This document shows, in pieces, positions 26,501-40,085 of a stretch of 64,000 nucleotides of DNA. A program made the translations under genes and the position numbers. Source of the stretch: Antechinus flavipes (lineage: Eukaryota). The stretch spans positions 324,136,001 to 324,200,000 of the forward strand of contig NC_067398.1 of assembly GCF_016432865.1 (NCBI RefSeq), in the 5' to 3' direction. The notes beneath the pieces are model-generated. The model was not told the DNA's origin and made no database searches. It was given only the letters and a program-made list of their open reading frames with translations. Position 1 is the first letter of the stretch; each line of letters opens with the position of its first letter.

Positions 26501-27324
26501 AGCTGCAGATATGATTGCAATGTAATTTAAAAACCCCCAAACTTTGGTTGTCTCCAACTGTTTTGGAAGGAAGAAGGAAACAAGCATTTATTAAGCACCT
26601 ACTATGTGTGAATCACTATGCTTCACTTTTGCAAATATTATCTCATTTGATCCTCATAATAACCCTGGAAGGTAGATGCTACTATTATCCTAATTGTGTA
26701 GTTGAAGAAACTAAGGCCAGAAAGAGATGAAATTAACCAGATCACATAGCTATTAAGGGGTGATAAGATTTGAATTCAGGTCTCGACTTTAAGCTCAGCT
26801 CTCTACTGCATTTCATAGATCACATACTCATTTAACAATTTTTATGTTGACAGATATATATATTTTATGTGACTTGCATATAGAAAGCACTTACTAAATA
26901 TTTGTGAGATTGAATTGAATCAACTTTAGCTAAAACAATAAATGTTGGGAAAGAGATTTGCCTCAGACTATCAGTAGTTGTGGGATCTTGGATTAGTCAC
27001 TTAAGCTCTATCAAACTCACTTTCCCCATCTGCAAAGTAAGGGTCATAATTGTGCCTATCTCATAGAATTGTGAAGATGAAAGGATATAAATATCAGCTG
27101 TTATTGTTAACTATTACCCTTTCATATGGGCTGAAAGTTCAAATTAATTAAGTCTAGGCATTAATTTTATGGTCTTTTATGTCAATTATTTTATGTTAAT
27201 TTTTTCTCTAAAAAATTTCCTTTCTTTAAAAAAAATTTCACTTTAATCCCCTTCAAACAAGTGGCAACATGACCTCAAGCAATGGCCTTTTGGTACAACC
27301 TGCTCTGAAAAACCACATCATTAT

Positions 27325-27412
27325 TAGAAGAAGAAAAAGGGGGAGGAGGAGGAGAGAAAGAAGGAAGGAAGGAAAAAAAGAAAGGAAGGAAGAAAGGAAG
27401 AAAAAGAAAGAG
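27325..27412. repeat. Polypurine (GAA/GGAA/AAAG) low-complexity tract
   Basis: Direct reading. Confidence 0.9.
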
Positions 27413-28284
27413 TATGAGGGTTCCATTGACTTAAAGCTGATGTCTCTTTTTGTCCTGGGTTTATGCCAAAAGCAAACAATTAGAAAACCTGCCAGTGTCC
27501 TGAGCCTGTATTATTTTATTTCCCAAGAGATATTCATATGAGGATTGCTGCCAAATGCAAGATCTATTAAATTGCTGAATCATTACAAATGTCTTTTTTA
27601 AATTTATTTTTTGGTAGGAACCAGCTGGGAATGATGAGGTTCAGATCAGTGATTCTGAAGTACTTTGGGTCAAGACATTCCTGGGAATAAACTGCACCTC
27701 ACATAGATTTGTGTAAGACCTTAGAGGATACCAAAATGGAAGCCAGCATATGGTACATGTGTTTTGTACTCTGTAGAAGAGGGACAGTGACAGTGTCTGG
27801 CATTTACATTATTGATATTAAAAAACCCATATTAAACCTTTTGGCATAGGTCTAGTTCCTTCTGTTAGTATGATGACACATTTAATAAAGAGAAGTGATG
27901 TTATTGTTTTAGTAGCTTGAATTAGCAACATCCAAAACATCCTTTTATGGAGGTCAGCTCAGCAAGGAACAATGCCAGCTTTTTTCAAGCTCTCTCTTGC
28001 CAGGGAAGTGAATCACTCTTATTCCAAAATGGTCACAAAGTTCAATTAAAGTGTGTTTTCAGTTGTTGATTTTCTGTGGGGGGTTTTAGGTGTGAGGGGA
28101 AAGGGATAATTTTCTGTGATCATAAAGCTTAACAGCTTTTTCAGTTTTAAAGGAATTTTGTTTTGTTTTGTTTTTCTGAATTAGAGAGTCAAAGCTTTCC
28201 TAAAAGCTATGTATTCTAGTTTTTTGGGCATGTTAAAGCTTCGAGGAAGGGGATTCTCTCTCTGGTTCTCTCTTTCTCTTGATC

Positions 28285-28909
28285 NNNNNNNNNNNNNNNN
28301 NNNNNNNNNNNNNNNNNNNNNNNNNNNNNNNNNNNNNNNNNNNNNNNNNNNNNNNNNNNNNNNNNNNNNNNNNNNNNNNNNNNNNNNNNNNNNNNNNNNN
28401 NNNNNNNNNNNNNNNNNNNNNNNNNNNNNNNNNNNNNNNNNNNNNNNNNNNNNNNNNNNNNNNNNNNNNNNNNNNNNNNNNNNNNNNNNNNNNNNNNNNN
28501 NNNNNNNNNNNNNNNNNNNNNNNNNNNNNNNNNNNNNNNNNNNNNNNNNNNNNNNNNNNNNNNNNNNNNNNNNNNNNNNNNNNNNNNNNNNNNNNNNNNN
28601 NNNNNNNNNNNNNNNNNNNNNNNNNNNNNNNNNNNNNNNNNNNNNNNNNNNNNNNNNNNNNNNNNNNNNNNNNNNNNNNNNNNNNNNNNNNNNNNNNNNN
28701 NNNNNNNNNNNNNNNNNNNNNNNNNNNNNNNNNNNNNNNNNNNNNNNNNNNNNNNNNNNNNNNNNNNNNNNNNNNNNNNNNNNNNNNNNNNNNNNNNNNN
28801 NNNNNNNNNNNNNNNNNNNNNNNNNNNNNNNNNNNNNNNNNNNNNNNNNNNNNNNNNNNNNNNNNNNNNNNNNNNNNNNNNNNNNNNNNNNNNNNNNNNN
28901 NNNNNNNNN
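28285..28909. other. Assembly gap (N run) flanked by CT-rich sequence
   Basis: Ns. Confidence 1.
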
Positions 28910-30539
28910 ACCTAAATTTTCATCCTATTTCTGTCTTCCTTTTCTTCTGTATCACTTTCTTCTTCTATCTCCCTTTTCTTTCTCCCTTTCCTTCACTCCT
29001 TCTCTATTCTTTTTCCAATATCTCTCTTACTCCTGTAAAGTTTAATCTTTTCTAGGGCTTAGGAATTTTTCAAGCTTGTTAAGGTCAAGATTGTTAAGAC
29101 TTTGAATAAGGGGAAGATCTCTTTTTATGTCCTGAGAGAGTGAACACAATTACTTATTATTTTTTTCTCCTTACATCCTCTTTTCAAAAAATTTAGATTT
29201 TGTTTAGCTTTTTAAAATTAAAAACTTGAATAAGATGGGGAGAAGGGACTTTTTTTGCTTCTTAAAATCCTAAATTGAGCTAATTTTTCTTTTTTAATGA
29301 TGTCTCTCTTCCCCTTTTCCCCTCTCTCTTTCCCTTTCTCCCTTCTTTCCTTTCTCTCTCTCTTTTTCACATTCCCTCCTCAAGTATGAAAGCTTGATCC
29401 CAGGTGAATTAGGCAAAAATTTCTAAATATCTCCCCCTCCCCACTTTTTTCATGCAGAAGATGCCTTTACTGTGCTTGCTATTTTCCCCAAACAATTTCT
29501 GTTTTCATTAAATCATGTTTAATATTAATGTGCTGCTTTTGCTTTTGGCAAAAGTGGTGTTTCACTTTTCCATTCTTTTAAATAAAAAATGGAAGAATCA
29601 ATTTAGAAAATGTGGCATGATGGGTGTTATGCATGCTATTAGAATTTCTATTATTCTCATTAGTATCCACAACCTATAAACGACAAGTGGAAGGTGAATT
29701 GTTATGGCACAATTTGAGGGTACATCTGTGTAGACATAAGCATCTTAGAATGTCAAGAATCCCCTGGGAGTAGAGCCTGCTTGCTATCCAAAAACAGATT
29801 GTTGATGCTAAGAGGTATCTTTGGCTGATAGATTTCCCAATTTTGTTGTTTAACTAAGTCTGTTGCCAAATGGGCTCTTGGCACACATTGAAGAAAGTGG
29901 TATGGAAGGAAACTCTAGATAAAGTATAACTTGGGATATAATTTTGTTTTTCCCTTTAGACACAAAAAGTCTGATATATCCTGATTATTTGAATAATAGA
30001 GGCTTAAAACCTTTTACCAGAAAACAAAACGAGCATATGACTTAACATACTAATTACCGGTATTTTAAAAATTTTATTTCAGACAATCATCTCCTTAGAG
30101 GTAGTGTGATATAGAGGGCAGAAAACAGCCTCAAAATTAAGAATATCAGAGTTTAAGTCATACAACTAATTCATGTGGACTGTGTGACCCTGGTAAGGTG
30201 TCCTAAGCATCCCCAGGAGACTCTAAGTTATAGAATAGTTCCTGATCTACATTGGTTGAGGGAGTTTCCTTACTGGGGGTGCTTTATACAAGTGAAACCA
30301 TAGGTTGGATCTAAGGAGAAAAATTATATCTTATCTTCAATTCAGTCAACTTTTAGCCAAATAGCCCAGAGCCCAAGACCATACACTGTTAATCTTATCG
30401 AATTTTATTGTGGAATACTAGTGTCAAGTAGGTGATGACTCCTTGAGTCATGGTTGCATATATATTTAGAATAGGTCCCAAAGCAAGAGAATGGCTTGAA
30501 TTTTATATTTGATATAAACTTAGAAATCAAAAATTGATT

Positions 30540-31735
30540 TCATATTGTACTGGGAGAATGGAAAAGGGAGATGTAGAACTGTGTTAATTTTATGCCATTA
30601 AAAAAGGCAAGAAGAAGCTTTTACAATGGAAAGGGAGAAGGAGATGCAAGGGGAAATGAGATAATCTTACCCTCATCAGAATTGGCTCAAAGAGGAAATA
30701 ACTTACACACTCAATTAGAAATCTATCTTACCCTGCAAGAAAATAGAAGGAGAAGGGGATACAGGAATGGGGGAGGTTGATAGAAGAGAAGAAGGGGATA
30801 GTCAGTAGCCAAATACTTTTGAGGCCAGGATGAAAGGAGAGAGAGAATAGAAAAAATGGGGGTACAGTTATCAGTAGTAATTGGGAAAAGAATTTTGAAG
30901 TGGAGATTTCTCTGATGAAGTCCTCATTTCTCAAATGTTTGGGAACTGAATCAAATTTAATTTTTTTTTAAAAGAAGTCATTTCCCAATTGATGAATTAT
31001 CAAAAGATATGAACTATGCCCAAGAAGCTATAAAATCGTGCATATCCTTTGACTTAACAATAAATATCACTACTAGGCGTGAATCCCTAAAACAACAAAA
31101 AAATTGAAAAGGATCTATATGTGCAAAAATATTTATAGTAGTTCTCTTCTCAGGGCAAATAATTGGAAATTGAGGGTATGCTCATCAATTGAGGAGTGGC
31201 TGAATAAATTGTGATAAGTGATTATGATGGAATACTTTTGTTCCCTGGGAAATGATGAGCAGAATGTTCTCAGAAAAACCTGGAAAGTCCTTCATGAACT
31301 CAGCAAACTAAAATGTACTATGTATAAAGTAGTAGCAAAGTTGAGGGATGATCAGCTATGAATGATTTTGGCATCCTCAGCAATATAGTGATCCACAACT
31401 ACTCTGAAGAACTTAAGATGAAAAATACTAGCCATCCCCAGATTGAAGTATGATTGTATCTGAATACAGATTAAAGCATACTTAAAAAAAAAACTTATTG
31501 TTTTTTTTTTGGGGGGAGTGGGGAGAGATCTCATTTTCTTTCATAACATGACTTTTAGGGAAGTGTTTTGCATAACTTCACATCTGCCTTCTTAAAGGGG
31601 GAGTGAGGATAGAGAGGAAGAGAGAATCTGGAACTCAAATTTTTAAAACCAAATATTAAAGAAATTGTTTTACATGTAACAGAGGAAAATAAAAATATTA
31701 AATAAATACTTAAAAAAATCTATTTCATAAAATAA
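30540..31735 (+). mobile_element. Internally deleted L1 (inter-ORF region, ORF2 patches, 3' UTR)
   Basis: Inter-ORF-like segment (ctcatcagaattggctcaaagagg), then ORF2 patches (cccaattgatgaattatcaaaagatatgaac; tgctcatcaattgaggagtggctgaataaattgtg), then a 3' UTR with A-rich end. Confidence 0.7.
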
Positions 31736-33019
31736 AATACTTGTTAGTCTCTCCCCTCCCCAAAAAAAACCCAAAACCAAAAATAAAAACAAAAAAGAGG
31801 CTGAAGTTGGAGTCACGAAGCTTAGTTTCTAATTCCTGATTCTAACATTTACTACCTGTGTTACTATGGACCAACTATTTAATTTTTCTAAATCTTGATT
31901 TTCTCATCTGTAATATGGCAGCATAGGACTTGTTGATCTCTACCTTTTCTTTTATATCTAAGCCTTTGATCCACTGACTCAAATTTCAAGTGAACATAAT
32001 TTCTTGTTTGAGTCTGAAAATGGTGTTTATCTGTCAAGCATTTATTAAAAACAATATGCTAAATACTTTGTTGGTGCTTGTTGTATCATTTTTTCAGCTG
32101 TATCCAACTCTCTTTTGGAATTTTCTTGGCAAAGATATTGGAGTAGTTTGCTATTTTCTTCTCCAATTCATTTTACAGATGAGGAAACTGAGGTAAACAG
32201 GATTAATTAGCTTACCCAGGATCACACAACTAGTAAATATTTGAGATCAGATTCACACTTGGGAAGATTTACCTTCCTGACTCCAAACCTGATGCTGTAT
32301 CCATTGTGCCACATAGCTGTCCCCTCTTCTTGGTGCTGAGGGAGAGACCAAAGGAAAAAAAAATAATATAGTATCCCTGTGCTTAAAATCTATGTCTCTG
32401 GTTTTAGATTCATAAATATATGACATATTATAAATGTTAAAGATGAAGTTCTCTTAGTTTTACTATCAGGGAAAAGGTAAAATGGATAGAATTTTTCCAA
32501 GGTCCTAGGAAATGTTTTTATACCAATCAACAATATACACATGAAGCATACAGTCTCTGTGAACTATAAAATTTTACTTTTAGTCATTGACAGCTGGTAA
32601 AAACAACCAACAGCTGGTTACATTGTCAGCTGTCTTTGTCACTCACAGAAAAGATTCTGGCAATGAATGGAGACAATTCTCAATTTAATAGTTTCTTGGC
32701 TATGTTATCCTGGGCAAGTCATACAACTCCTCAGTGCTTTGGGCAACTCTCTGAGTATAAATTGCAGAGAACACAATAATCCTTATTTATAGAGGGAGAT
32801 TCTCACCTGGGAGTTCCTTGTATCAATGAAACCACAGATCCCATCCCTATCCCTTTGCCTTTTGTTAGTAATATCAAAGAATTTCAATTTACTTTACCTT
32901 GTAGGTAAAGTAGTTTACAAAAATGATAGCTCTCCTTCAGACAGTGCTGTTAAAGTTCAATTATGTTGTTACTTGCTCATGGTCACATGGGTATAAGTAC
33001 AAAGCTAGATTTCAGCTCA

Positions 33020-34600
33020 GATCTTGTGAATCTTACTTCCCCTCAATATTCTATTATTCAATGGTGTCAATCTAGATGGATGGTAATAAAGATCTCTATT
33101 AGAGTATAAGGAGTGGGAGTAGACAAGAAAAAATGGAGATTTTAGGAGTTATAAATATTATTTTCCCATTTAGAAACATCAAGTTTAACTATCAAATCCC
33201 CTGATTTTTCTTTCCAATTTGTCTTTTTATGCTTCTTTCACATCTTGTATTTGAAAAACAAATTTTCTTTTCACTTCTGGTCTTTTCATAAGGAATGCTT
33301 GACAGTTCTCTATTTCATAGAATATTTATTTTTCCCTTGAAGAATTATGCTCAGTTTTATTTGGTAGATGATTCTTGTTTGTAATTCTAGCTCTTTTGCC
33401 CTCTAGAATATCATATTCTGAGCCCTTTACTCCTTTAATGTAGGAGCTGCTAAATCTTAACTATGAATGTTTTTAGGTTCTTGCAGTATTTTCTCCTTTA
33501 TCTGAAAGATCTGGAATTTGGCTAAAATATTCTTGGGAGTTTTCATTTTGGAATCTCAGGAGGTGATCAGTAGATTCTTTCAATTTCTACTTTACCCTCT
33601 GGTTTTAGAATGTCAGCCTAGTTTTCCTTGATAATTTCTTAAATTTCTATGTCAGAACTTTTTGATTGTTGTTGGATCTTTTCCCAGAACATTTCTTGAC
33701 TTTTAACTCTATTAAAATGGGGTTCTGCCTCCAGGATGGAGGGGGCATTATTCTAAATTTCAGGTTTTTTGTGCAATTGTGAATCTTACTTCCCCTCAAT
33801 ATTCTATTATTCAATGGTGTCAGTCTAGATGGATGGTAATAAAGATCTCTATTAGAGTATTAGGAGTGGGAGTAGACAGGAAAAGATGGAGATTTTAGGA
33901 GTTATAAATATTGTTTCCCATTTAGAAACATCAAGTTTAACTTTGTCAAATCCCCTGATTTTTCTTTCCAATTTGTCTTTTTATGCTTCTTTCACATCTT
34001 CTAAGGTGATATGATCTAGGGAGAGGTGTGTTTAGTATTCTCCTGTACTGTGCAGTGTTTGCGAGTGACCACAAGCACTCTTGCAATCCTGGAATTGTGA
34101 CCAGGACCCCTGGTCTCCTGTGGCTACAAGCTCTGTTATGCTAGTGCTTCCCCTTACACTGAGATTAAGCCCCAGGATTTTAACTTGGATCCAAGTACAG
34201 ACAATATAACTGAATTCTGCACCTGGTGCCAGCAAAGGGACTCATGTAAATCTCCTTCTGACCCATTGTCTGATCTCTTCACTATTTGTGGGCTGAGAGA
34301 GACTTTAACTGCTGCACAGATTCAGTAGTCCTAAGCCTGATTCTTATTTTGCAGGAGCAGGATCTGTGATGGTACAAACCTGCTCTGGATTGCACTCCTC
34401 TCTCACCTTGGTGCAACAGAACTTTCCTGCTGATTCTTCTAAATTGTCTTAGACTGGAAAATTGGTCCACTCTGTCTTTTTATGGATTTTGCCACTCAAT
34501 AATTTGTTTATAGAGTCATTATTTAAAGATATTTGAAGGAGTTTATGGGAGAACTCAGTCAGTCTCTGCCTTCACTCAAAAATTTTAGCTCCTCTCCCTG
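33020..34600 (-). mobile_element. Decayed L1 5' UTR, ORF1 and inter-ORF fragment, interrupted by a copy of its own segment
   Basis: Resembles recalled marsupial L1 ORF1 antisense (ggaatgcttgacagttctctatttc..., ggagctgctaaatctt) and 5' UTR antisense (gtgaccacaagcactctt..., gactggaaaattgg). Confidence 0.75.
33024..34000 (+). repeat. Dispersed direct repeat: 33024-33246 and 33777-34000 (about 223 bp, roughly 8 differences)
   Basis: Base-by-base comparison, ttgtgaatcttacttcccctc ... gcttctttcacatctt. Confidence 0.95.
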
Positions 34601-37038
34601 ATTAGGCCCTTTTGTTGGAGTTTCCATATTTCCTAGCCAAAGCATCTCCAAATGCCTTGAATATTTTGGTAACTCAGCAGTGGGAATAGAGAGGACTCAG
34701 GGTACACGTTAGGGTACACATTTACAAAACTTAAACATGGAAAAAGATTTGTTACACTAGACTATGGCTCTAGCAGAGTTAGAGATAAGGTTAGGATACT
34801 GCAACTCTCCAAATTTACATCCATTTTGGGGTATGACAGCTCCAAAGAAAATTGCCTAGCTCTTTTCTTTTGTAGAAAAAATGTCCTAACTTTAATCCAT
34901 TTGGAATTTGTGGTGCTGGTGTTAGAGTTGCACCTTCCTTTTCAGGAATTCCAAGATGATGATTATCTGGGATCAAGATGTCATATGCTACCTTGTTTCC
35001 TGATCTATGTTCTGGGATCATGGCATACTGTAATTAGTTGAGGAGGGTGAGAATGCGAAACTAATGTTTTTCACTGTACTTAAAGTCGACTAACCAAAAT
35101 GTTGTGGAATATCTAATGTATGTTCCCAAATACTATGGGGCTAGGTGGACCAAGATGGACTCTTACCTATAAATTTTTCAGATATGAAATAAGTTAAAAT
35201 TACTTAGATATTCAAGACATAGCAATGTATATAGACATGAATTATAACAGGTGGTTCTGCCTCTTAAATTGTTTGGCCAGTGCCAGGAAAATGGCCTTGG
35301 TTTGATTGTTCTCTAAGAGTGAGTATCAAAGATATTTAAAGACAATTTATTCTTCCACTTATAAATTTAGTTTACTTCAGGACTTGACATTATAAAGGAA
35401 ATATTAGCTTAATGAAGGTTATGTGTGTGCCATATACTTTTTTAAGAGGAAGAGCATGATCTCTTCTTCAAATGATAAGAATAGCTTGACATTTAATTGG
35501 TTCTGATTGAAATTTCTTAATCAATTTGTCATCCAAATAATAATGCACGTAAAGCACTTTGCAGACTTGAAAGCCCTGGGTTACTTGTCAGGCCATGTAG
35601 GTATCACACCAAGGAAGTTGTGAATTTTCCCAACCTGAAGTTATTTGACAATAGTTTCCCAAGAGCTCTAGTGGAAGAGAACTCAGCCATCTCGTTCAAC
35701 TGTCTCTGTTTTCAAATGAAGACACTGAGTCCCAGAGAAGGCAAACTTCCTTGCTTAAGGTCATAAAGGCAGAAAATTCTGCAGTCCCAATTAGAACCTA
35801 GGCCCACTGAATCAGGCTGCTGTGCATTTCCTTAGGCCATTTTCCTTGAGGCAACTTAATATTGTGGGTAGAGCACTAGACTTTGAATCAAGAAGTCTGA
35901 TTAGACATTTATTAACTATACAAGTAAGTCATTTAAGCTCTCTGTGCCTCAATTTCCTCATTTATAAAATGTGGGACTGGATTCAAAGGTTTCCAAGGTC
36001 TCTTTCAAAAATAAATCTATGAGCTTCAGCTCTTTTGTTTTCTGACTACATGACTACCAAAATTAAAAAAAAAAATCATGGATTTCCATCCCCTCTCTGC
36101 CAAGATTCTAATATGCACAAATACCCTTCAAATGAATAAGTAACCTTTCATAAAAATAATTTGCAGAAAGTAAATAGCACAACCAAGTTAAATGGACAGG
36201 GTTAAGGGTTTGGTTTGAATCCTGGCACCATTATTTACTATTTACTGGAATGACCTTAGCAAATCATTTACCTTTCTAGGGTCTCAAACATAGGGGTGGA
36301 TGAGCCATCCTCTAAAATCCCTTTCTGCTCTGATTCTACCATATAATTAGCAAAGGGGATTAAAACTCACCTTTTAAAATCATTTTTTTGTTACCAATTG
36401 TGAAGCCCCAGGACAAAAAGAATTTATGGAGTGGAAGCAAGAAGCAGGCAGGGCCTCGTGTTCCCCTAGTGGAGGAAAAGGAAGGAAAGAAAAAGTTTAT
36501 AAACTGATGAGGATGATGAACCAGAAAGAAGTTTAAAAAAATTATCTTTGTCAAAGTTGGGAAACATTAATCGGTCCACACCTTATGGATATCTTTTTCT
36601 TTTCACAATATTACCCCGCCTCTGTGCACCATGCACTCAGAACTTTTCAAGGTACTTTTCACATACATAATCTCATTTGAGTTTCACCTCAGTCTTGCAA
36701 ATTAATCAACCAATGAGCATTTATTAAATCTACTTAAATTAATGCGCATTATTTAACTGGGTCTATTGTGCTTGAATCCATAACTTCTTAATTATAAGCC
36801 TTAGTTAAGTTGGTGTGAAATGAACTTTGGCAGAGTGCTCATTCAGGAGATGGATTTTCAATGCTATCTTGAAAAGGAGCTTTTAATTAATTAATTTTTA
36901 ATTTTTAAAAATTCAGGTTCAGAATTAAAAGTGGAGAGAGGAGAAGAAGACTATGAGGTGACTCAAAAAGAAGTAGGTTCTCAAAACCTACCTGGTTGCA
37001 TTGCAGTATTTAGAAGCAGTGTCTCTTTTTTATTTTAG

Positions 37039-37191
37039 GGAGTATTCTTTTCAACTGGATGTCCATGGAATCTGAAAAGATGACAGAGAAACAGGAAGAA
37101 ATTCTTTCCATTCTGGAAGAAAAATTTCCCGATTTGCCTCCAAGAGAAGACATTATCAGTGTTCTGCAAGAGACCCAGTGCAGTGCTCAGG
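37039..37191 (+). CDS. PRUNE2: PRUNE2 coding exon (exon 5 equivalent), (G)SILFNWMSMESEKMTEKQEEILSILEEKFPDLPPREDIISVLQETQCSAQ(G)
   Basis: Acceptor tttttattttag|GG, donor CAGG|gtaggt. 153 nt, phase 1-1. Absent from the ORF track; translated by hand. Matches recalled human PRUNE2. Confidence 0.96.
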
Positions 37192-37984
37192 GTAGGTATT
37201 GACATCATGCAGACACATCACAACTCCTGTGTGGATATGGGGGATAAAGTATTACAATTTGTGTTTCCTTTGCATATTTTATGCTTGTAGATGATTTTCA
37301 TTTAAATAATTGTGACCTGCTTGGGTACAGGCTTTTATTGCCAATGCTCTGAGGTACTGATGTCTGGAAATGTGTTGGATATTCATTTGACTAATGTATA
37401 CTTCTGACACACCGTTGTACAATATCGATTTGTAGAGAGGGTTCTATTTTAAGAACAGAATAGGGCTTACTGCAAACTGGAGAGTATTTTATAAATAAAC
37501 TATATTTTAGAAGGATATGAAGAAGTAAAAGAGAAACACTGGATCGATGAAAATGTTCTATTGATGAGAGACTTAAAGGATCACTTTACCAGGCTTCTTT
37601 AAATAAATAAAATTTCCTGATAAAGATGGGCCCATCATTCATTCAACAAAAACAAACTTCAGGGTTCAGTGATTAATATGGATACATCCTCTATTGCCAT
37701 GGAGTCTAGCCCCTCTACTACTGAATGTGGTGTTAGGAATGTGGTATAACTGAAAAATTCATAAGCTGGTCATGAGCTTGGCTAGACTGTTTCTCAGAAA
37801 ATAGACACACAATGTCTCCTGTCCCTTATTAGAAACCTTTTCAGCTTGTTTGGAGTCATCAGAGCTTGTGTTCCACTGCCATAGATTTTGAGAACCCAGC
37901 ATCACCTTCATGAGACACAGGACTTGGATTTTAGCGAAGAAAAATATACACGTAGATAGGTTGCATGATGTTTTCTAATACATA

Positions 37985-38140
37985 CTAGCTATAAGATCCT
38001 GGGCAAATCCTTTAACCTTTCAGTGCTTTAATAATCCCCATAAGACTATAAATTGCAATAGAGGGGCTGACCTGTATTGGTGGAGAAAATTTCTCCCTGA
38101 GACCTCTCTACATCAGTGCAAACACAGATTCAGTCACTCT
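37985..38140 (+). mobile_element. Marsupial CORE-SINE with gcaactctctaagactataaattgcagag tail (family name uncertain); further copies at about 24880-25060, 30100-30310, 32690-32850 (+) and 800-990, 50420-50600, 51800-51980, 59800-59990 (-)
   Basis: The same core and tail recur across the window in both orientations. Confidence 0.65.
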
Positions 38141-38269
38141 CTCTGTTCCTATTTGTGTGAGTGTATTTACTTAGGAAATGGATGATCAAAAACGTGGATT
38201 GGTCAGATAGAGAATGTAGGGGATAACATATGAGCAGCCTAAGAATAAAACTTGTAACCCCTCAATTTA

Positions 38270-38730
38270 AAATTACCTAAGTTAGAGCTTTTTAGAGTTT
38301 TTTTGGGATATGGAACCCTTTGGCAATCCAATGAATCCTGGGCACACTCTTCATAGAATTATGTTTTTAAAATGTATAAAATAAGATACTTAAAGGGATA
38401 GTTTGATGGCACAATGGATAGAGTATTAACTCTAGAGTTGGGAAGACCTGAGTTCAAATCTGCCCTCGGACACTTATTACTTACTTAATACTAGTTGTAT
38501 GACCCTAGGCAAGTCACTAAACTCCAAATGGCTGAAAAAAAAAAAAAAAAAAAAAAACCTCTAAAAAATAAGATACTTAAGATCGTACAGAAAATAAAAT
38601 ATACTAAAAATATAGGTATCAAATATTAAAAAAATTCAAGGACCCTCCTGAACTCTATTCACAAATTGTTTAGGGGTCCATTGACATCCTATTCCCCCCA
38701 CCTAGGTTAAAAACTCTGATTTAGAGAAAG
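38270..38730 (+). mobile_element. Non-autonomous hAT/Charlie-like MITE (MER5-like); related copies at about 22755-22880, 41970-42070, 55370-55580
   Basis: Recurring motif cctttggcaatctggtaaag...ctcagaat...aaaataaaatacataggattacaaaggaaaccaattata and terminal ggttaagaac-like word. Confidence 0.6.
38394..38564 (+). mobile_element. WSINE1-like SINE inserted into a hAT MITE
   Basis: Long poly-A; perfect 16-bp TSD aaaataagatacttaa at 38378-38393 and 38565-38580. Confidence 0.88.
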
Positions 38731-39154
38731 ATACCTTGAACACTGAATAGCTCAATGGGAGAACATAGGCAAAATACACACAATGATGAAATTACATCCA
38801 TTTGATGCCTAATTGGCATTTTTATTGTTGTTGATATCAATATATTACAAATAATTTATTTGGGAAACAGGACAGTGATGTGGTTTCCCATGATCTTTCA
38901 GCCTTCAAGTCATAGATAGCTCACAATCTTCCAATCTTTATTGATACCTAATTACATCCAAGTTGTGAGGTTGCAAGATGGGGAGGCACATAGTGCCCAT
39001 ATGTTTTTATGCATTTTCTATTTTTTAAAAAAAGTGAAGAAAAGTCACAACATACTTATAATATAAGAATTTACTCTGAAGAAAGTAACTGCTTCTTCTA
39101 GTAGGGATTTCATTTAAATCCACCAAATAAAAGTCTTAAACAATGCTGAAAACT

Positions 39155-39618
39155 AAAGGACTGGCGAGACTTACATGAACTTATGCTGAGTGAAATGAGC
39201 AGAACCAGGAAATCATTATATACCTCAACAATGATACTGTTTGAGGATGTATTCTGATGGAAGTGGACCTCTTCGATAAAGAGAGCCTTAATTGATCAAA
39301 GATGGACAGAAACAGCTACACCCAGAGAAAGAACAGTGGGAGATGAATATAAACTGCTTGCATTTTTGTTTTTCTTCCCGGGTTATTTATACCCTCTGAA
39401 TTCAATTCTCCCTGTGCAACAAGAAAACTGTTCGGTTCTGCACACATATATTGTATCTAGTATATACTGTAACCCATTCAACATGTAAAGGACTGCTTGC
39501 CATCTGGGGGAAGGGGTGGAGGGAGAGAGGGGAAAAATTGGAACAGAAGTGAATGCAAGGGATAATGCTGTAAAAATTACCCTGGCATGCGTTCTATCAA
39601 TAAAAAGTTATTTTAAAA
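39155..39618 (+). mobile_element. 5'-truncated young L1 (3' UTR fragment, dasyurid type)
   Basis: L1 3' UTR with AATAAA and A-tail; perfect 13-bp TSD aatgctgaaaact at 39142-39154 and 39619-39631. Confidence 0.9.
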
Positions 39619-40085
39619 AATGCTGAAAACTTAGAATTAGGGAATACAGTATTTACCACTGTAATTATTACTACCATAAGAATTCTTCAGAAAAGAATGG
39701 GTAACTGAACTAGAATAATTCCATCATTTACTATAGTTGCCCACAAGATAAACTGTATATTGGAAAAAATTACATGAAAAAAATTGGAAGACAGAAATGT
39801 TGTTTCACTTAAAAGCTACTGAAAATAAGTTATAAAATGTAATTTTACTATGGTATCAATATATAATTTGTGTTTTCAAATTTGTCTTAAAAATGATAAT
39901 GATCTCTAAACTTGTTAATTTCATTGGTCTCCTTTAGAATGCCTTTAGGATACTGATGATTTCCTAAAAACAAATATATATTTGAGAGTTACCACATTTC
40001 TACATTGTATTTGGGAAGGAAATAATATTGTTATACAGCAATGTTTCTCTACAGTAAAATCATGCTGTTTTCCTGCTTTTTCCAG

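Noticed and set aside
28209-29055. Long ORFs of 258-278 aa (and those at 17.5 kb and 60.7-61.3 kb)
   Set aside because: Artefacts of N runs translated as X.
33025-33996. TRIM/mini-LTR retrotransposon: the two ~220-bp repeats begin TGTGAA and end TTCACA around a 530-bp core
   Set aside because: No primer-binding site, polypurine tract or proper TSD; the repeats and core all resemble L1, and the L1 continues past the second copy.
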